Assembly (NCBI RefSeq): GCF_006345805.1
Contig: NC_043010.1
Location: forward strand, 18,600,001 to 18,664,000
DNA: 64,000 bases
Origin: Octopus sinensis
Taxonomy: Eukaryota
Reading direction: 5' to 3'
This document shows positions 13,748 to 24,494 of the stretch, in pieces; within the stretch, counting starts at the first letter, position 1; every line of letters starts with the position of its first letter. Both the position numbers and the translations under genes were made by a program. The notes beneath the pieces are model-generated. The model did no database searches, was not told the origin of the DNA, and saw only the letters and a list, made by a program, of their open reading frames with translations.

Positions 13748-16700
13748 ATGTGTGTGCATGCGTGTGTGTACATTCCTTAATTGTTTATTGTTCATTCTTG
13801 AGTCCCAGATCTAAAACCCATTGTATCTTTAGGACACAGTGATTTCATCACCCATACTCTCAACAATACGCCCTTAAATATGGTTTCTGATTATAAATAT
13901 CTTGGGTCATACATATCATCATATGGAAAAGATTTTCTGACTAGAAAGGGTTTGGCCTGGTTAGCCTGTAATGATATGCATAAGATCTGGTCATCAAATC
14001 TAAGTAGAGATTTCAAACTTAAAATCTTCAAAGCCACGGTCAAACCAATTCTACTACCTGGACGTTATCAAAGAAGCTTGAGAGGCGGTTGGATGGAACT
14101 TACACTCGCCTCCTTATGAGAGTTCAAAATCTTTCGTGGAAGCGTCATCCAACCAAAGTACAAATATATGGGAAATTACCACCTGTATCATCTCTTGTGA
14201 AAGGTAGCAGAGTTCAGTTTGCTGGACATTGTTGTAGAGCTGAAAACAAGGCAATTTCTACTCTTCTCCTCTGAAAGCCATTTGCTCGCAATACCAGAGG
14301 GCACACACTCTCCTACCCTGATGTAATCTCCGGGGATACAGGTATCCAGCAACAGGACCTCCGTAATGCTATGGACTGTGAAGTCTGGTATAGCATAGTA
14401 AATTCCATTGTCTCAACCACGGTCAAACAATAATAAAATAATAAATAGGGATACTAATCGTGATCTGTGACTAATTTTTGATTCCTTGCCCTCACATCCA
14501 TCCTATTATACTCCATTTTCTCTGAAAGACTCCCTATTTGAACGAACTAGGACCTCATTCATTTTACTTCTGGCCCCTCCATGCATCTGTCTAAGCCTTT
14601 ATCTAATGCTGTCTAATTAACATTAAAGAATTCTAAATCCCTTAATCTGCTTCTTCCTTTCTTCAGGAGTTCCGATATTGATCTGATCCTTTCAGAAAAT
14701 AGCTTCAACACTGATGAACTGATCAGATCCAGACACCTGATAACTCCGAATTGGTAAGTGGACGACATATGGGAACAGTCTCCGCCAGGGAAGCTGTTTG
14801 CTATTTCTAACCCTGAAGGCAATTGAGTCTAGGTCTTCTCATTCTTATCCTAACTTTTTTATGGCCCCAAGTGCTAAATGGACAAACAGGGACAGTTGTT
14901 TATGGGGACATTTTATGAATAACAATGATTGAACAATAACATTGGTTTCAATATGATAATGAAGAGATGCCAATAATGTCCTGCTCTGTCTTGTAGTGGA
15001 ACATTATTATAAGACAGAGATCATGGTAAAGATCAAGACATTCCACTCATGGCCATCCCCCCCTTTTTTTGTCATTTTCACAGTGTCTAAATAATATCAA
15101 ATTAAAAGAGTTAATATTGCTGATACTTTCATATCTATTTTAATGTAATAATGTTGATTACTGGACAATAATGTTGATTATAATTTAGGAGAGTTGATTA
15201 CACTATAATCAATTAACAATGTGATAATATTCAAGTCATTATAGTTAGAAAGTTTAATGTTGATTAAATTCTTACAGCGTTGATTAATTTCAATAGCATG
15301 ACACTTTTGCTTCTCTTTCATTAATAGTAATTAACCTAGCAAAGTTTCAATTACAATGTTATAAAGTTCTTAGCATTTTATTCAAATAACTAGCGCTATG
15401 ACCCGGCAACGCTGGGTCATAGTGCTAGTGCATGCATATACAGCTGCATGCGTGCGCACATACACGCGAGTACTGTCCAAATCTCCGACCAATCACATAC
15501 AGCTATCTGGCATTCAATTGGCATATCAAGTTTTGGGCATTTTGATTGGGTTTTGGATAGAAAATTCACAAAAAGTCACTTCTATTGATTTTTTTAATGG
15601 CTTTGCGGAGTGAGTAGGGAAATGTAAAGATGTGCACAACCACCCTTAGACAGTTTTGAATGACCATAGAAGGTGAGAGCCCTCTAACTGAAAAATTGTG
15701 GATTTGTATAAAGGACACACACACAGACGTTTTGCCGTTTATATATATACTCTCTTTTTACTCTCTTTTACTTGTTTCAGTCATTTGACTGCGGCCATGC
15801 TGGAGCACCACCTTTAGTCGAGCAAATCGACCCCGGGACTTATTCTTTGTAAGCCCAGTACTTATTCTATCGGTCTCTTTTTCCGAACCGCTAAGTGACG
15901 GGGACGTAAACACACACCAGCATCGGTTGTCAAGCAATGCTAGGGGGACAAACACAGACACACACACATACATATATATATATATACATATATACGACAG
16001 GCTTCTTTCAGTTTCCGTCTACCAAATCCACTCACAAGGCATTGGTCGGCCCGGGGCTATAGCAGAAGACACTTGCCCAAGATGCCACGCAGTGGGATTG
16101 AACCCAGAGCCATGTGGTTGGTTAGCAAGCTACTTACCACACAGCCACTCCTGCGCCTATATAGAGATTTCATTTCAATAATATTAAGAATATATGATAA
16201 TATTGATATACTTTTGTTACAGTTTGATAGTATTTATAGAAGGTAGGAATTAAATAATATTAGTTTATTTTTTGGGATAGTTTTGCTTACCTGATAATAT
16301 CGTTGGGTGAAGTCCAATAGTGTTGATTTTATGTTAGAGTAATATTTATCTAATGTGTGCTAAGGCTGACTATGCTTGATAATGTTTGTTAGAGTTTGAT
16401 AGTGTTGATTACATTGTAATAATGTTTGTTTGGGCAGCAATAATGTTAATTGGAGTTCAGCAGTACTAATTGTAACAATGTTACTTCAAATATGATAGTG
16501 TTGACAACATTGGAGTAATATCAATTACATTGTGATAATATTGATAATTAGACAACAATGTTTGTCTCCCATCCCCTCCCCACCCCACCCTGCTCTAGTA
16601 ATAATTATTGTCATATTTCAGGATGGACCCTCAGACATCGAAAACACAATATTCTGCTGCTGTCCCTGTGGTGGATGTGAAACTGGTGTTTGACAAGGAA

Positions 16701-17835
16701 TTGGATAAGACTTTGTTCATACAGAGACTAACAGGTTGGTAGATAATCTGTGACATATAACAAGTGGATATATCACAGATTATCGTGGTTGTCATGGTTA
16801 CGATTTACTGACGTACCACAGATCATAACAAATCATATGTGTGATTTCCTATTTTGTCATCATTCATCTTATAATAATGAAATAATAATGAAATTGTTGT
16901 ATACAGTGCTCAGGTGCACCACAACTTGTCAGAAAGTGCATATAAAGCATATGTATTAATGTACAAATGTCTAGGAAGCAAACAATGTATGAGTCAGATA
17001 CATGCTTGCGTGTGTATGGAGGGGAGAAAATCAGGTGTAGTGTTGGCGAATCTCAGAAAGCATGGAAGTTTTGAAGGATGCAGTGCTCCGACAACTAACA
17101 ACTGATGCCGGCAGTTTGTTCCATGCTTCAGCAACTCTTAGCAGGAAAAAATGTTTCCTGAAGTCATGGGAGCTGTGCTGTTTTCTGACTTTGTAAACAT
17201 GTCCACCGGTGTTAGACAGGTGGAGTTTGATGTGTGAAGGATGGAGTCTTGATATGTAAGAGGTTGTCTCATAGGTTATGGCACTTAGAGATGGTTAAAG
17301 GATATTTTTACCATAAACATTTTCACTATAGGAAAATTTTCCATAAAAAAAATAAGTAAATTGCAAAAAAAAAAATTTTAATTAGCTGTTTTCTTAAAAT
17401 TACTAACTAGATTACATCATAAAATTAGTTATATTACTGACTATAACGTATCTTAAAGTTAATTAATTTAATATTAGAGTTCATATTAACATATTGCCTT
17501 TTTGTTATATTTATGATATATCTTGGCATATCATTCTGTATGTCGTATCATGTTTATGACATATCTCTTATATGCATCATATTTATATCCCATTAAATAA
17601 AGTACAGTCCAAGTAATTGTTAGGATTTTATTTTTTTATGTAATTAGATATTTTTACTAAATTGTTTTGATTGACTGCACAGATCAGTTTTGTAAATCTC
17701 TTTCACAGAAGAATTCTATTGTAGAACTAAATATCTTAATTAGAACTAAAAACCTAAATAATTAATATCTAAAGTTATTAATGTTTATGTTTCAGAATTT
17801 AAGATTGCACAGTGACTTTAAAATGAAGCTGTGTA

Positions 17836-17871
<36 letters not shown>

Positions 17872-20577
17872 ATACACACACACACACACACAGATATGTC
17901 TATGCATGTACGTATATACCACTTGAATTCAACAGGTCTGAAAGAACAGTTGGCAGGATATCCTTTCCACGGCAATGTCTACCATGTACGAGGGCAAGTT
18001 CAATTCCTAAGTAAGTAGCACACAGTTACCCACTCTATGTAAGAACATCATCATCATCATCATCATCGTCGTCGTCGTCATCATCGTCATCATTTTACAT
18101 CCCCTTTCGATAGTGGCATGGGTTGGTGAAGACATCACAGCCTATGTCAGTTCTTATTCAGTGTTACTGTCTTCCTTGATAGGTTGAGCAACCTTGTATT
18201 GTGTAGACATTCCATTTTCAGCAAAGTCTATACAGATGGAGGCTCTTCCTACCACCAACCACTTCACACAATATGCTGTGTGCATTTTATCCTATCACCA
18301 TTAGAGTTTGTTATGTCCATGACAAGACTAAAAGGTCCTCTCTGCCCCTAATCTCTCTCCACTCATTAACCAACGGAGTGTACTTTGTGCACTTTATCAT
18401 GGCACCTGCATCATCATCATCATCATTCTCATCACCATTATCATGTTGTGCAGTGTTGTAGTATAATAGTGAAGGGAGACTGAAACATCTCCATTAATTG
18501 GATGGTGCTCAAAAGATTGAACAGTGGAAAGAATACACATCCAATTTAAATTAAAACGTTCCAATGACTCTCTAAATTTATGAAAGGTGTTTTTCACCAG
18601 GGGCATCCACGCAGATAAATTCATCCTAACTAACTGGAGGATATCATCACTGTTATATTAACAGTCTCACATCACAGATCCAGCTCGATCAATCTTCTGT
18701 TTTCTATTTCTGACATAATGAATATTTTCTATGTATTGCTTTTCTTATGGTATGTTATTTGTAGCACCTTGCTTATAGTACCTTCTTTCTGTATGTGTCT
18801 GCATCTCTCAGAAGAAAAATCTATGTGTGAGCTCCAATACATAACACTGTCCAATCAACTGATCATTGACAAGGTGACCCTACAGCCACAGCCCCCTGGT
18901 CAGAAGCTTCAATCACAGCAAAAGTCCTTCCTTGTCTTCTCTGGTTGTTATCTCAACAAAGACGAACTGAAAATATGGCTGAAGACCTGCCTTAAAAAGG
19001 TAAGGGCTTTGTCCATTAAACAGGGGGTTCTTTTGTCATTTTCATTTTTCTATTCTTCTATCACACTGTTTTTTCTATTAGGGGGCAAATGCCCCTTGCT
19101 CAACTCCTGGGAAGAATTTAGAATAATAATAACAAAACCAAAACAAGCTTATTGCTTGTGCGTAACAACTCATGGAAAATGGTAAAAGAGGAGACAGAGA
19201 ACAGCAGTCATTCCAAGAAAATAAAGACAGCAACCAAAGCCAAAACTCCACAAAATAAAACACAAAAATTACAGAAAAGTGAAGAGTTAAAGAGCTGTAA
19301 AAAGGAATGAGTGGACAGACATCTCAGGGCGAATTCTAGGAAATGTGTGTCCTGACAGTTATCAAGTGATAGGACAGTTTATTCCATGCTTCAGCGATTT
19401 TGAGTGTGAAAAATGAGTGTGAAAAGTCATGGGTGTTGGGTAGTTTGGGGATTTTATATGCATATTCATGGGTTATGTATGTGTGTGTGTGTATTTATGT
19501 ATGTATGTATGTATGTATGTGTGTGTATGTATTTATGTGTGTATGTGTGTATGTATGTATGTATGAATTTACGTATGTGTGTGTGTATGTATACAGTGAA
19601 CTCTCAATTTAACAGACTAATGGGGAAAGATTTGTCTGATATTATCAAAAGTTTGTTAACCCTTTAGTTACTGTATTTCTGTTGGGATGTTCTGCATTTC
19701 TTTCAATTACTTTTAAATATAACCAAGAATTTAGTAAAATAACTTAGTTATCATTAAGCTGATGTTAGTAACCTAAATTGTGACTAAGGTTTGGTGGAAG
19801 ATTTTAATTCAAAACTTATGAAAACAAGATATTTGTGCTACAGAGCCAGAAGCAGTTTTAGCTGGGTTGGTAACAGAAGGGTTAAATTGAAGGTCCACAT
19901 GCAGTCACACTCACACTCCATCTCATGTTCACTCCACCACAACACACACTACAAACACTACTAACATCCTACATACCATCAACAATTTGTTTACCATCAC
20001 CATCATCTCTCTCGCTCTCTCTCTTTCTCTCTCGCTATCTATCTATCTCTCTATTTATCTATCTATCTATCTCTTGCAGATTGGTAGCCAAAAACCATTT
20101 CTTGACCGTCACCAGCTGTCGAACAAACTTGTCCGGTTGATTCAGGTTTGTCACTTTGCTTGATATCTTCAGATATTTGTTTATGAGAGTTCGTTATAAT
20201 TGTGAGTTAATTATAATTGGCAACAGCACCAAATAGTTTCTTTAAGAGTCACAGGACTCTCAGTGAGGTTGGGTCGAATTTAGAGGGAGGTTACAAGATC
20301 TCATGGCGTTTATGCCTTGCTATCCTTACCTCTCCACTGAACCACCACACAACATCTCTTCATCAGCACTCTGTGATGTTAGTCTCTTGTAGTCCAAGGT
20401 AGACAATTCTGCAATTTCTTACATTATTTGCATTCGATGGATATTTGTCTTCATCTTGTTTGTTGTTAACTCAGTGTTTCGGCTGATATACCTTTCAGCC
20501 TTCTTCAGGTGTCTTGGGGAAATTTCAAACCTGGGTTCTCATTCCTAAGATATTTTTCGATGTTATTATTGTTGTTG

Positions 20578-20636
<59 letters not shown>

Positions 20637-20840
20637 ATCACTGCTTGAAATTGAACTCGGAATCTTGGGGTTAATAGCCTGCACTCTTAACCACTATGCC
20701 CACGGGCATATGGTGTAGTGGTTAAGAGCGCGGGCTACTAACCCCAAGATTCCGAGTTTGATTCCACGCAGTGACCTGAATAATAGTAATAATAATAATA
20801 TAACAATAATAATAATAATAATAATAATAACAATAATAAA

Positions 20841-20911
<71 letters not shown>

Positions 20912-20915
20912 TAAT

Positions 20916-20973
<58 letters not shown>

Positions 20974-22013
20974 CAACAACAACAACAACAACAACAACAA
21001 CACAACAACAACAACAATGCATTTGTGTTAATTTGTGCCTTTTCATTCCAGAAACGCCATAGTGTTGACCAGTTACCTCCTGGCTGGTTCTTCAATGGTC
21101 AGTCTTATGTGAGCCTCACAGGGGAACGCTCACCCAATCATCCCAGTATCCTTTTCACTCAGCAAATAGAATCTTGTTTGCTTAATTAATGACATCACTT
21201 TCTCTCCTGTCCTGCTATGCGTGTGTGTGTATGTGTGTGTGTGTGTGTGTGTACATGCGCGTGCATGTGTGTTAATGTTTGTTTTATCCTTGTCTTCACA
21301 TTAACACCTTTGAAATAATTATGTGAAAATCAGTGGAATATAAGTAATTCCATTTCTTCAAGAAATGGGTAAGAGATGCTGACCAACAAATCATGTCTTT
21401 AGAATCTCGTCTCAGTCTTGCTAGCAGGGAAAAAGTAGGCCTAATGGTGATGGTGATGCTGAGGGGATGAGGAGGGAGAGAATACAAATATATATTCGTA
21501 TATTTAGGCGGCGAACTGGCAGAAACGTTAGCACGCCGGGCGAAATGCGTAGCCGTATTTCGTATGTCGTTATGTTCTGGGTTCAAATTCCGCCAAGGTC
21601 GACTTTGCCTTTCATCCTTTCGGGGTCGATAAATTAAGTACCAGTTACGCACTGGGGTCGATGTAATCGACTTAATCCCTTTGTCTGTCCTTGTTTGTCC
21701 CCTCTGTGTTTAGCCCCTTGTGGGTAGTAAAGAAATATATATATTCGTATCTTTCTATCTATACACATACACACATACACACACACACACATACACATAC
21801 ACAAACATGCACACACACACACACACACATGCACACACACATGTTTGTATCCTGAAGAACCCATATTTCGGTGTTGTTCCTTAATGTCTTTCAGATCTTG
21901 ACCAATTCCTTGACCATTACACTGCAACTAAAAATTCTGAAATTACAAATTATAACAAAAAAATTGACAAACAAAATCAGGAAAATATTCTTCAGTTTTT
22001 TGAAGAAGACTAA
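381..22013 (+). CDS. DNAAF9: 3' part (15 coding exons) of dynein axonemal assembly factor 9 / Shulin / C20orf194 orthologue; 5' exons lie upstream of the window
   Basis: Exons 381-479, 3841-3976, 4781-4869, 5789-5947, 6285-6361, 7993-8041, 9247-9328, 11821-11915, 14667-14753, 16622-16734, 17936-18010, 18812-18999, 20080-20145, 21052-21145, 21895-22013 all have AG/GT ends and join in phase without stops. Peptides [66 protein letters not shown] resemble, from recall, the human DNAAF9 C-terminal half in the same order. Confidence 0.9.
1205..1355 (-). mobile_element. Short repeat carrying a decayed type I hammerhead motif (same family as 50110-50475)
   Basis: Minus strand CTGATGA-ATG GGAA TGT-GAAA-CTCTGAG-TA-ACAGTTTT at 1308-1353; the downstream tail (gcatattactctacc...ccactttgtttcacatt) matches 50400-50470. 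Confidence 0.65.
1375..2290 (+). mobile_element. 5'-truncated CR1/L2-clade LINE (ORF2 RT C-terminus and 3' UTR)
   Basis: ORF 1352-2185 with [31 protein letters not shown]; short tandem tail (ctaagtt)n at about 2262-2288. Confidence 0.9.
2320..2673 (+). mobile_element. Internally deleted Tc1/mariner-superfamily element
   Basis: About 35-bp TIRs (agggtgattcaaaagtctccatacatag / ctatgtatggcgactattgaatcaccat) flanked by TA; interior translates to [21 protein letters not shown]...DLKERI. Confidence 0.85.
2965..3225 (+). mobile_element. RTE-related short repeat / LINE 3' end with (GAT)n tail; other copies 7452-7700(-), 10880-11062(+), 27597-27752(+), 28190-28275(-), 29135-29328(+)
   Basis: Shared motif ggaagggcatccagctgtagaaac...gtccaacccatgctagcatgg...gacgttaaacgatgatgat; the same tail ends the RTE RT fragment at 26218-26995. 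Confidence 0.8.
3841..3976 (+). CDS. DNAAF9: DNAAF9 exon ([11 protein letters not shown]...EDNKHT)
   Basis: tgtgttccag acceptor, gtaggt donor, phase 2-0. Confidence 0.8.
4275..4650 (+). mobile_element. tRNA-derived SINE family A with internal microsatellite; other copies about 610-775(+), 9655-10045(+), 12030-12305(-), 15750-16158(-), 30360-30975(+), 40545-40735(+), 42150-42515(-), 45770-45965(+), 45998-46380(+), 52985-53362(-)
   Basis: A box tggctgtgtgg and B box gggttcagtccc in the better copies; shared 3' part ...cagcatggccgcagtcaaatgactgaaacaagtaaaag. Confidence 0.85.
4781..4869 (+). CDS. DNAAF9: DNAAF9 exon ([29 protein letters not shown])
   Basis: actttcag acceptor, gtgagt donor, phase 0-2; degenerate P-loop-like segment. 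Confidence 0.85.
5789..5947 (+). CDS. DNAAF9: DNAAF9 exon ([14 protein letters not shown]...MRIIVVVPG)
   Basis: ctctacag acceptor, gtaagt donor, phase 2-2. Confidence 0.88.
6285..6361 (+). CDS. DNAAF9: DNAAF9 exon ([25 protein letters not shown])
   Basis: tttacag acceptor, gtcagt donor, phase 2-1. Confidence 0.9.
6704..7035. repeat. Inverted repeat pair (about 6704-6781 vs 6932-7035)
   Basis: agaggactgaccactaaaagtggacagcctgtatgctagatatag is reverse-complementary to ctatatctagcatacaggctgtccacttttattggtcagtcctct. Confidence 0.85.
7128..7368. repeat. Fold-back element with about 120-bp arms, each arm containing a hammerhead motif
   Basis: Arms 7128-7243 and 7255-7368 are diverged reverse complements; flanked by TA repeats. 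Confidence 0.85.
7278..7338 (+). ncRNA. Type I hammerhead ribozyme motif
   Basis: GGGAT-CTGACGA-[tatg CCATAAAG ctaaacc CTTTATGG acgg]-GAAA-CC taa GG-TA|ATCCC: 5-bp stem I, canonical core, GUA cleavage triplet. Confidence 0.8.
7993..8041 (+). CDS. DNAAF9: DNAAF9 exon ([15 protein letters not shown])
   Basis: cccttgtcag acceptor, gtacag donor, phase 1-2. Confidence 0.85.
8350..8738 (+). mobile_element. tRNA-headed SINE with hammerhead motif and an inverted copy of its 3' end at the 5' side; 12-bp TSD
   Basis: TSD cctactgctgtt (8338-8349, 8739-8750); inverted 3' fragment 8350-8433; tRNA-like head 8441-8513 (A box tggcgtagtgg, B box aagttcaattcc); (TAA)n; CTGATGAA-GGCTG..CAGCT-GAAAC at 8594-8636. 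Confidence 0.8.
9247..9328 (+). CDS. DNAAF9: DNAAF9 exon ([27 protein letters not shown])
   Basis: ctcttgtag acceptor, gtaagt donor, phase 2-0. Confidence 0.9.
11335..11775. mobile_element. Two diverged copies of SINE family B in opposite orientation
   Basis: aaggatgaaaggcaaagttgac...tttgaactcagaacg (minus) and ttctgagtccaaattc...catttcattcttttggagtagatgaaataagt (plus). Confidence 0.65.
11821..11915 (+). CDS. DNAAF9: DNAAF9 exon ([31 protein letters not shown])
   Basis: cactccag acceptor, gtaaga donor, phase 0-2 bridges the neighbouring exons; similarity weaker than other exons. Confidence 0.7.
12713..13141. mobile_element. MITE with GGATCTTTTCGGTTTGAACGGCAGTTTT TIRs, 8-bp TSD and internal telomere-like hexamers
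   Basis: 28-bp TIRs; TSD aacagctt (12705-12712, 13142-13149). Confidence 0.92.
13830..14440 (+). mobile_element. RTE-clade LINE 3' fragment (frameshifted)
   Basis: YKYLGSYI...[25 protein letters not shown] and [16 protein letters not shown]...VQFAGHC. Confidence 0.85.
14667..14753 (+). CDS. DNAAF9: DNAAF9 exon ([28 protein letters not shown])
   Basis: ttctttcttcag-type pyrimidine tract and AG, gtaagt donor, phase 2-2. Confidence 0.9.
15390..15748 (-). mobile_element. Non-autonomous Helitron-like element
   Basis: Minus strand ends in GC-rich hairpin gacccagcgttgccgggtc followed by CTAG-T; 5' end tatatataaacggcaaaacgtctgtgtgtg. Confidence 0.65.
16622..16734 (+). CDS. DNAAF9: DNAAF9 exon ([10 protein letters not shown]...[15 protein letters not shown])
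   Basis: atttcag acceptor, gttggt donor, phase 2-1. Confidence 0.8.
16885..17230 (-). mobile_element. CR1/L2 LINE 3' end fragment (same family as 24495-26157; smaller piece at about 19310-19445)
   Basis: Minus strand reads [38 protein letters not shown]. Confidence 0.85.
17936..18010 (+). CDS. DNAAF9: DNAAF9 exon ([24 protein letters not shown])
   Basis: ttcaacag acceptor, gtaagt donor, phase 1-1. Confidence 0.88.
18812..18999 (+). CDS. DNAAF9: DNAAF9 exon ([16 protein letters not shown]...[23 protein letters not shown])
   Basis: ctctcag acceptor (CAGAAG tandem acceptor, 18815 also possible), gtaagg donor, phase 1-0. Confidence 0.88.
19660..19881. mobile_element. piggyBac-type MITE
   Basis: TTAA-CCCTTTAGTTAC ... 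GTAACAGAAGGG-TTAA. Confidence 0.75.
20080..20145 (+). CDS. DNAAF9: DNAAF9 exon ([22 protein letters not shown])
   Basis: ctcttgcag acceptor, gtttgt donor, phase 0-0. Confidence 0.8.
20418..21017. mobile_element. Head-to-head pair of the tRNA-headed hammerhead SINE: near-complete minus copy (20418-20696) plus a plus-strand tRNA head (20704-20776) with (TAA)n/(CAA)n
   Basis: Same sequence family as 8350-8738; minus-strand GACAC-CTGAAGAA-GGCTGA..TCAGCC-GAAAC at 20468-20513; axis at atgcccacgggcat. Confidence 0.8.
21052..21145 (+). CDS. DNAAF9: DNAAF9 penultimate exon ([31 protein letters not shown])
   Basis: tttcattccag acceptor; U12-type donor GTATCCTTT; phase 0-1. Confidence 0.9.
21146..21894 (+). 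other. U12-type (minor spliceosome) GT-AG intron
   Basis: 5' site GTATCCTTTT (21146-21155); branch site TTCCTTAAT (21877-21885) just upstream of the AG at 21893-21894. Confidence 0.85.
21507..21735 (+). mobile_element. tRNA-derived SINE family B; other copies 22590-22820(-), 33205-33450(+), 34312-34548(-), 35692-36105(- partial tandem dimer), 56450-56663(+), 58175-58405(+), 59775-59990(-)
   Basis: A box tggcagaaacg, B box gggttcaaattcc, central gcctttcatcctttcggggtcgataaattaagtacc (resembles the MetaSINE-type central domain, from recall). Confidence 0.85.
21895..22013 (+). CDS. DNAAF9: DNAAF9 terminal coding exon ([38 protein letters not shown])
   Basis: In phase with the previous exon, TAA at 22011-22013; AATAAA near 22282. 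Confidence 0.85.
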
Positions 22014-23219
22014 ATAATGAGGGGCGGGGCATTTTTCTGATTGCACCCCTAAACAGGTTCTGACTGCTTACAGTCACATTATACCTGGTCATAATCTCAT
22101 TTTACAACCAGTTCAACACCAGCAGTGCACACTAAGGGTGGCTACCTTACATAAAGCCATACAATAGTGACACCACATATTAAGGGTGGTTACCCTTAAT
22201 CCATACAGCTGAAGGGTAAGTTACCAGAAGTTAACCCGTAAATATCAATGTTTATCCCTACTATTACAAAACCTTTCGTGAAATAAAAGAACAAAACACT
22301 TCTTTGCCTTTTGATTTGATTTCAGTTCCAGAAATGTGGCACAGTGGTGTGACACTGAGTGCCTGAGTGGCACAGTATAATAGCACACTGGATATATGGG
22401 TGGCAATAGTTGTGTAGTGTTGGTTACTGTTGTGGAGAAGTGCGAAATGGTGGTGTGTAGACATTACATCTAAGTTCATCCCTCTAAAAACTGTATTCAA
22501 ATGGATTTGAACTCTGTACTTCGTGTTTATGAAACATAGTTTATACATTACTGTTTCTCTACTTCCTCATGGTACCTATTATTTACCTATTTCTTTATTG
22601 CCCACAAGGGGCTAAACATAGAGGGGACAGACACGGATAGACAAAGGGATTAAGTCGATTACATCGACCCCAGTGCGTAACTGGTACTTAATTTATCGAC
22701 CCCGAAAGGATGAAAGGCAAAGTCGACCTTGGCGGAATTTGAACTCAGAACGTTACAGCAGACGAAATACGGCTACGCATTTCGCCCGGCGTGCTAACGT
22801 TTCCGGCAGCTCGCCACCTTAGACACTTGCTCAAGGTGCAGGGGGACTGAACCTGGAACCATGTGGTTGGTAAGCAAGTTACTTACCACACAGCCACTCC
22901 TACATCCAGACCAGGGAGTCGGTGATATTTAAATACCACGGTGTTTCGGTTTGCTAGTAAAAGTTGTTTCCCCTGGTAAAGTATTGCAACTTTGATAACG
23001 TGAAAGCCGGGAAGTTGTAAGAGAAATAGACAGGAACGCAGACAGACCGACAGGCAAAGAGAGACAGACACAGCGGCCCAGCAACAAAATTTGTTTAGGG
23101 TGCAAACCCAGGTTCAAATTTTTTTATGAAAAAAGCGGATTATTTTCAATGTTAACATTAAAACAAAAGCAGGCATGATAATTTTTATTATTATGAGTGT
23201 CGGCTGAAATGTTTCATAG

Positions 23220-23450
23220 GGTGAGCAAGACACTCTCATGGAATGGGACCAAATGAAGATCATTTTTTTAACGCAGTTCCTCTTACTGTCCACACACTTC
23301 CATCGGTAGTTGCAGTGCTTGGATCACACTGGTGAAGAAGCTGTTCTGTTGGTCAAAATAGTCATCAACAGGAGACAAGACATCATCACAGTGATGCTGG
23401 TGCCCAGCTGAGTGTTTTTCTATAACTAGATGGAACCAAATCCCTAACAT
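23220..23450 (-). mobile_element. Decayed mariner transposase C-terminal remnant
   Basis: Minus strand EKHSAGHQHHCDDVLSPVDDYFDQQNSFFTSVIQALQ resembles the mariner C-terminus. Confidence 0.6.
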
Positions 23451-24443
23451 AGGGAGGGTGATCAACCCGTTCAAAGCCAGTCATGCACAGCAGCCATTGA
23501 AAGCAAGAACTTGTGTACTGAAGCATTGTCCTAATAGAACAGGATTCTATTCATTAGTTTTTCTGGGTGTTTGGTCTTGATAGCCTTTCATAACTGCCTT
23601 AGCAAGTTGGCATTGAAGTTTCCATTGATGGTGTGATCATTTTGAAGATGGTCAATTAACACAATATTTTTTGCATTAACGTATAGTATATGTAATAATG
23701 TGAAGTATATTTTGCATATTAAAATGTTTAAATTTGGAAATATATCAAGCAGAGCAAACATAAGCAGTAAAAATACAAATTGCAAATATTTAAAAATGTG
23801 GGATGAAAGCTAACAAAAAACGGAAGAAAATAGTGGTGCTTGTGTTCCAAGGGTACAATTAGAAGGCTCAGGAGAAGGATAGAAAGATGGAAGAGAAGAG
23901 AAAAGAGTAGAAGGAAAGAAAAGAATGAAAAGTGAAAAGGTAAACTGGGGGTCTGAAGTGAGTGCTAGGCAGGAAATGAAACAAAATACATGTCTTACCT
24001 ATGCACTGGTCAAGTAGAAAAAAAGATGAGTGATAAAAAATTGGTACCAAGAAATGAAGAAAGAGAGACGGAGTGGAGTAGAGAAGGTTGGGGAAGAACA
24101 AGTATGAAGAATGAGGGAATGCAGAAAAAAAAGAGGATAAAGACAGAGAGTAGGTAGTTGAGAGAGATGGAGAGAGGAAGTAATGGAAGGGAGTAAAGAA
24201 AGGCAGCAGATGGGTAGACAGGCAGCTAGAAATAGATGGGGAAGGTTTTGTGCACAAGAGGGTAGAGGAGAAGGACAGAGAAATAGATAGGAAAAGAGAA
24301 AGTCTTGCACCAAATATTGAACACTGTGTGGGGTACCATTGAGTGGGAATAGAAGTGGGCTGTGTGACACATTATATTGACTAACAACCGTAAAATATTG
24401 CACAGGAAGTCAACACACACACACACATATGTGTATGTGTTTG

Positions 24444-24476
<33 letters not shown>

Positions 24477-24494
24477 ATATAATATAATGATGAA

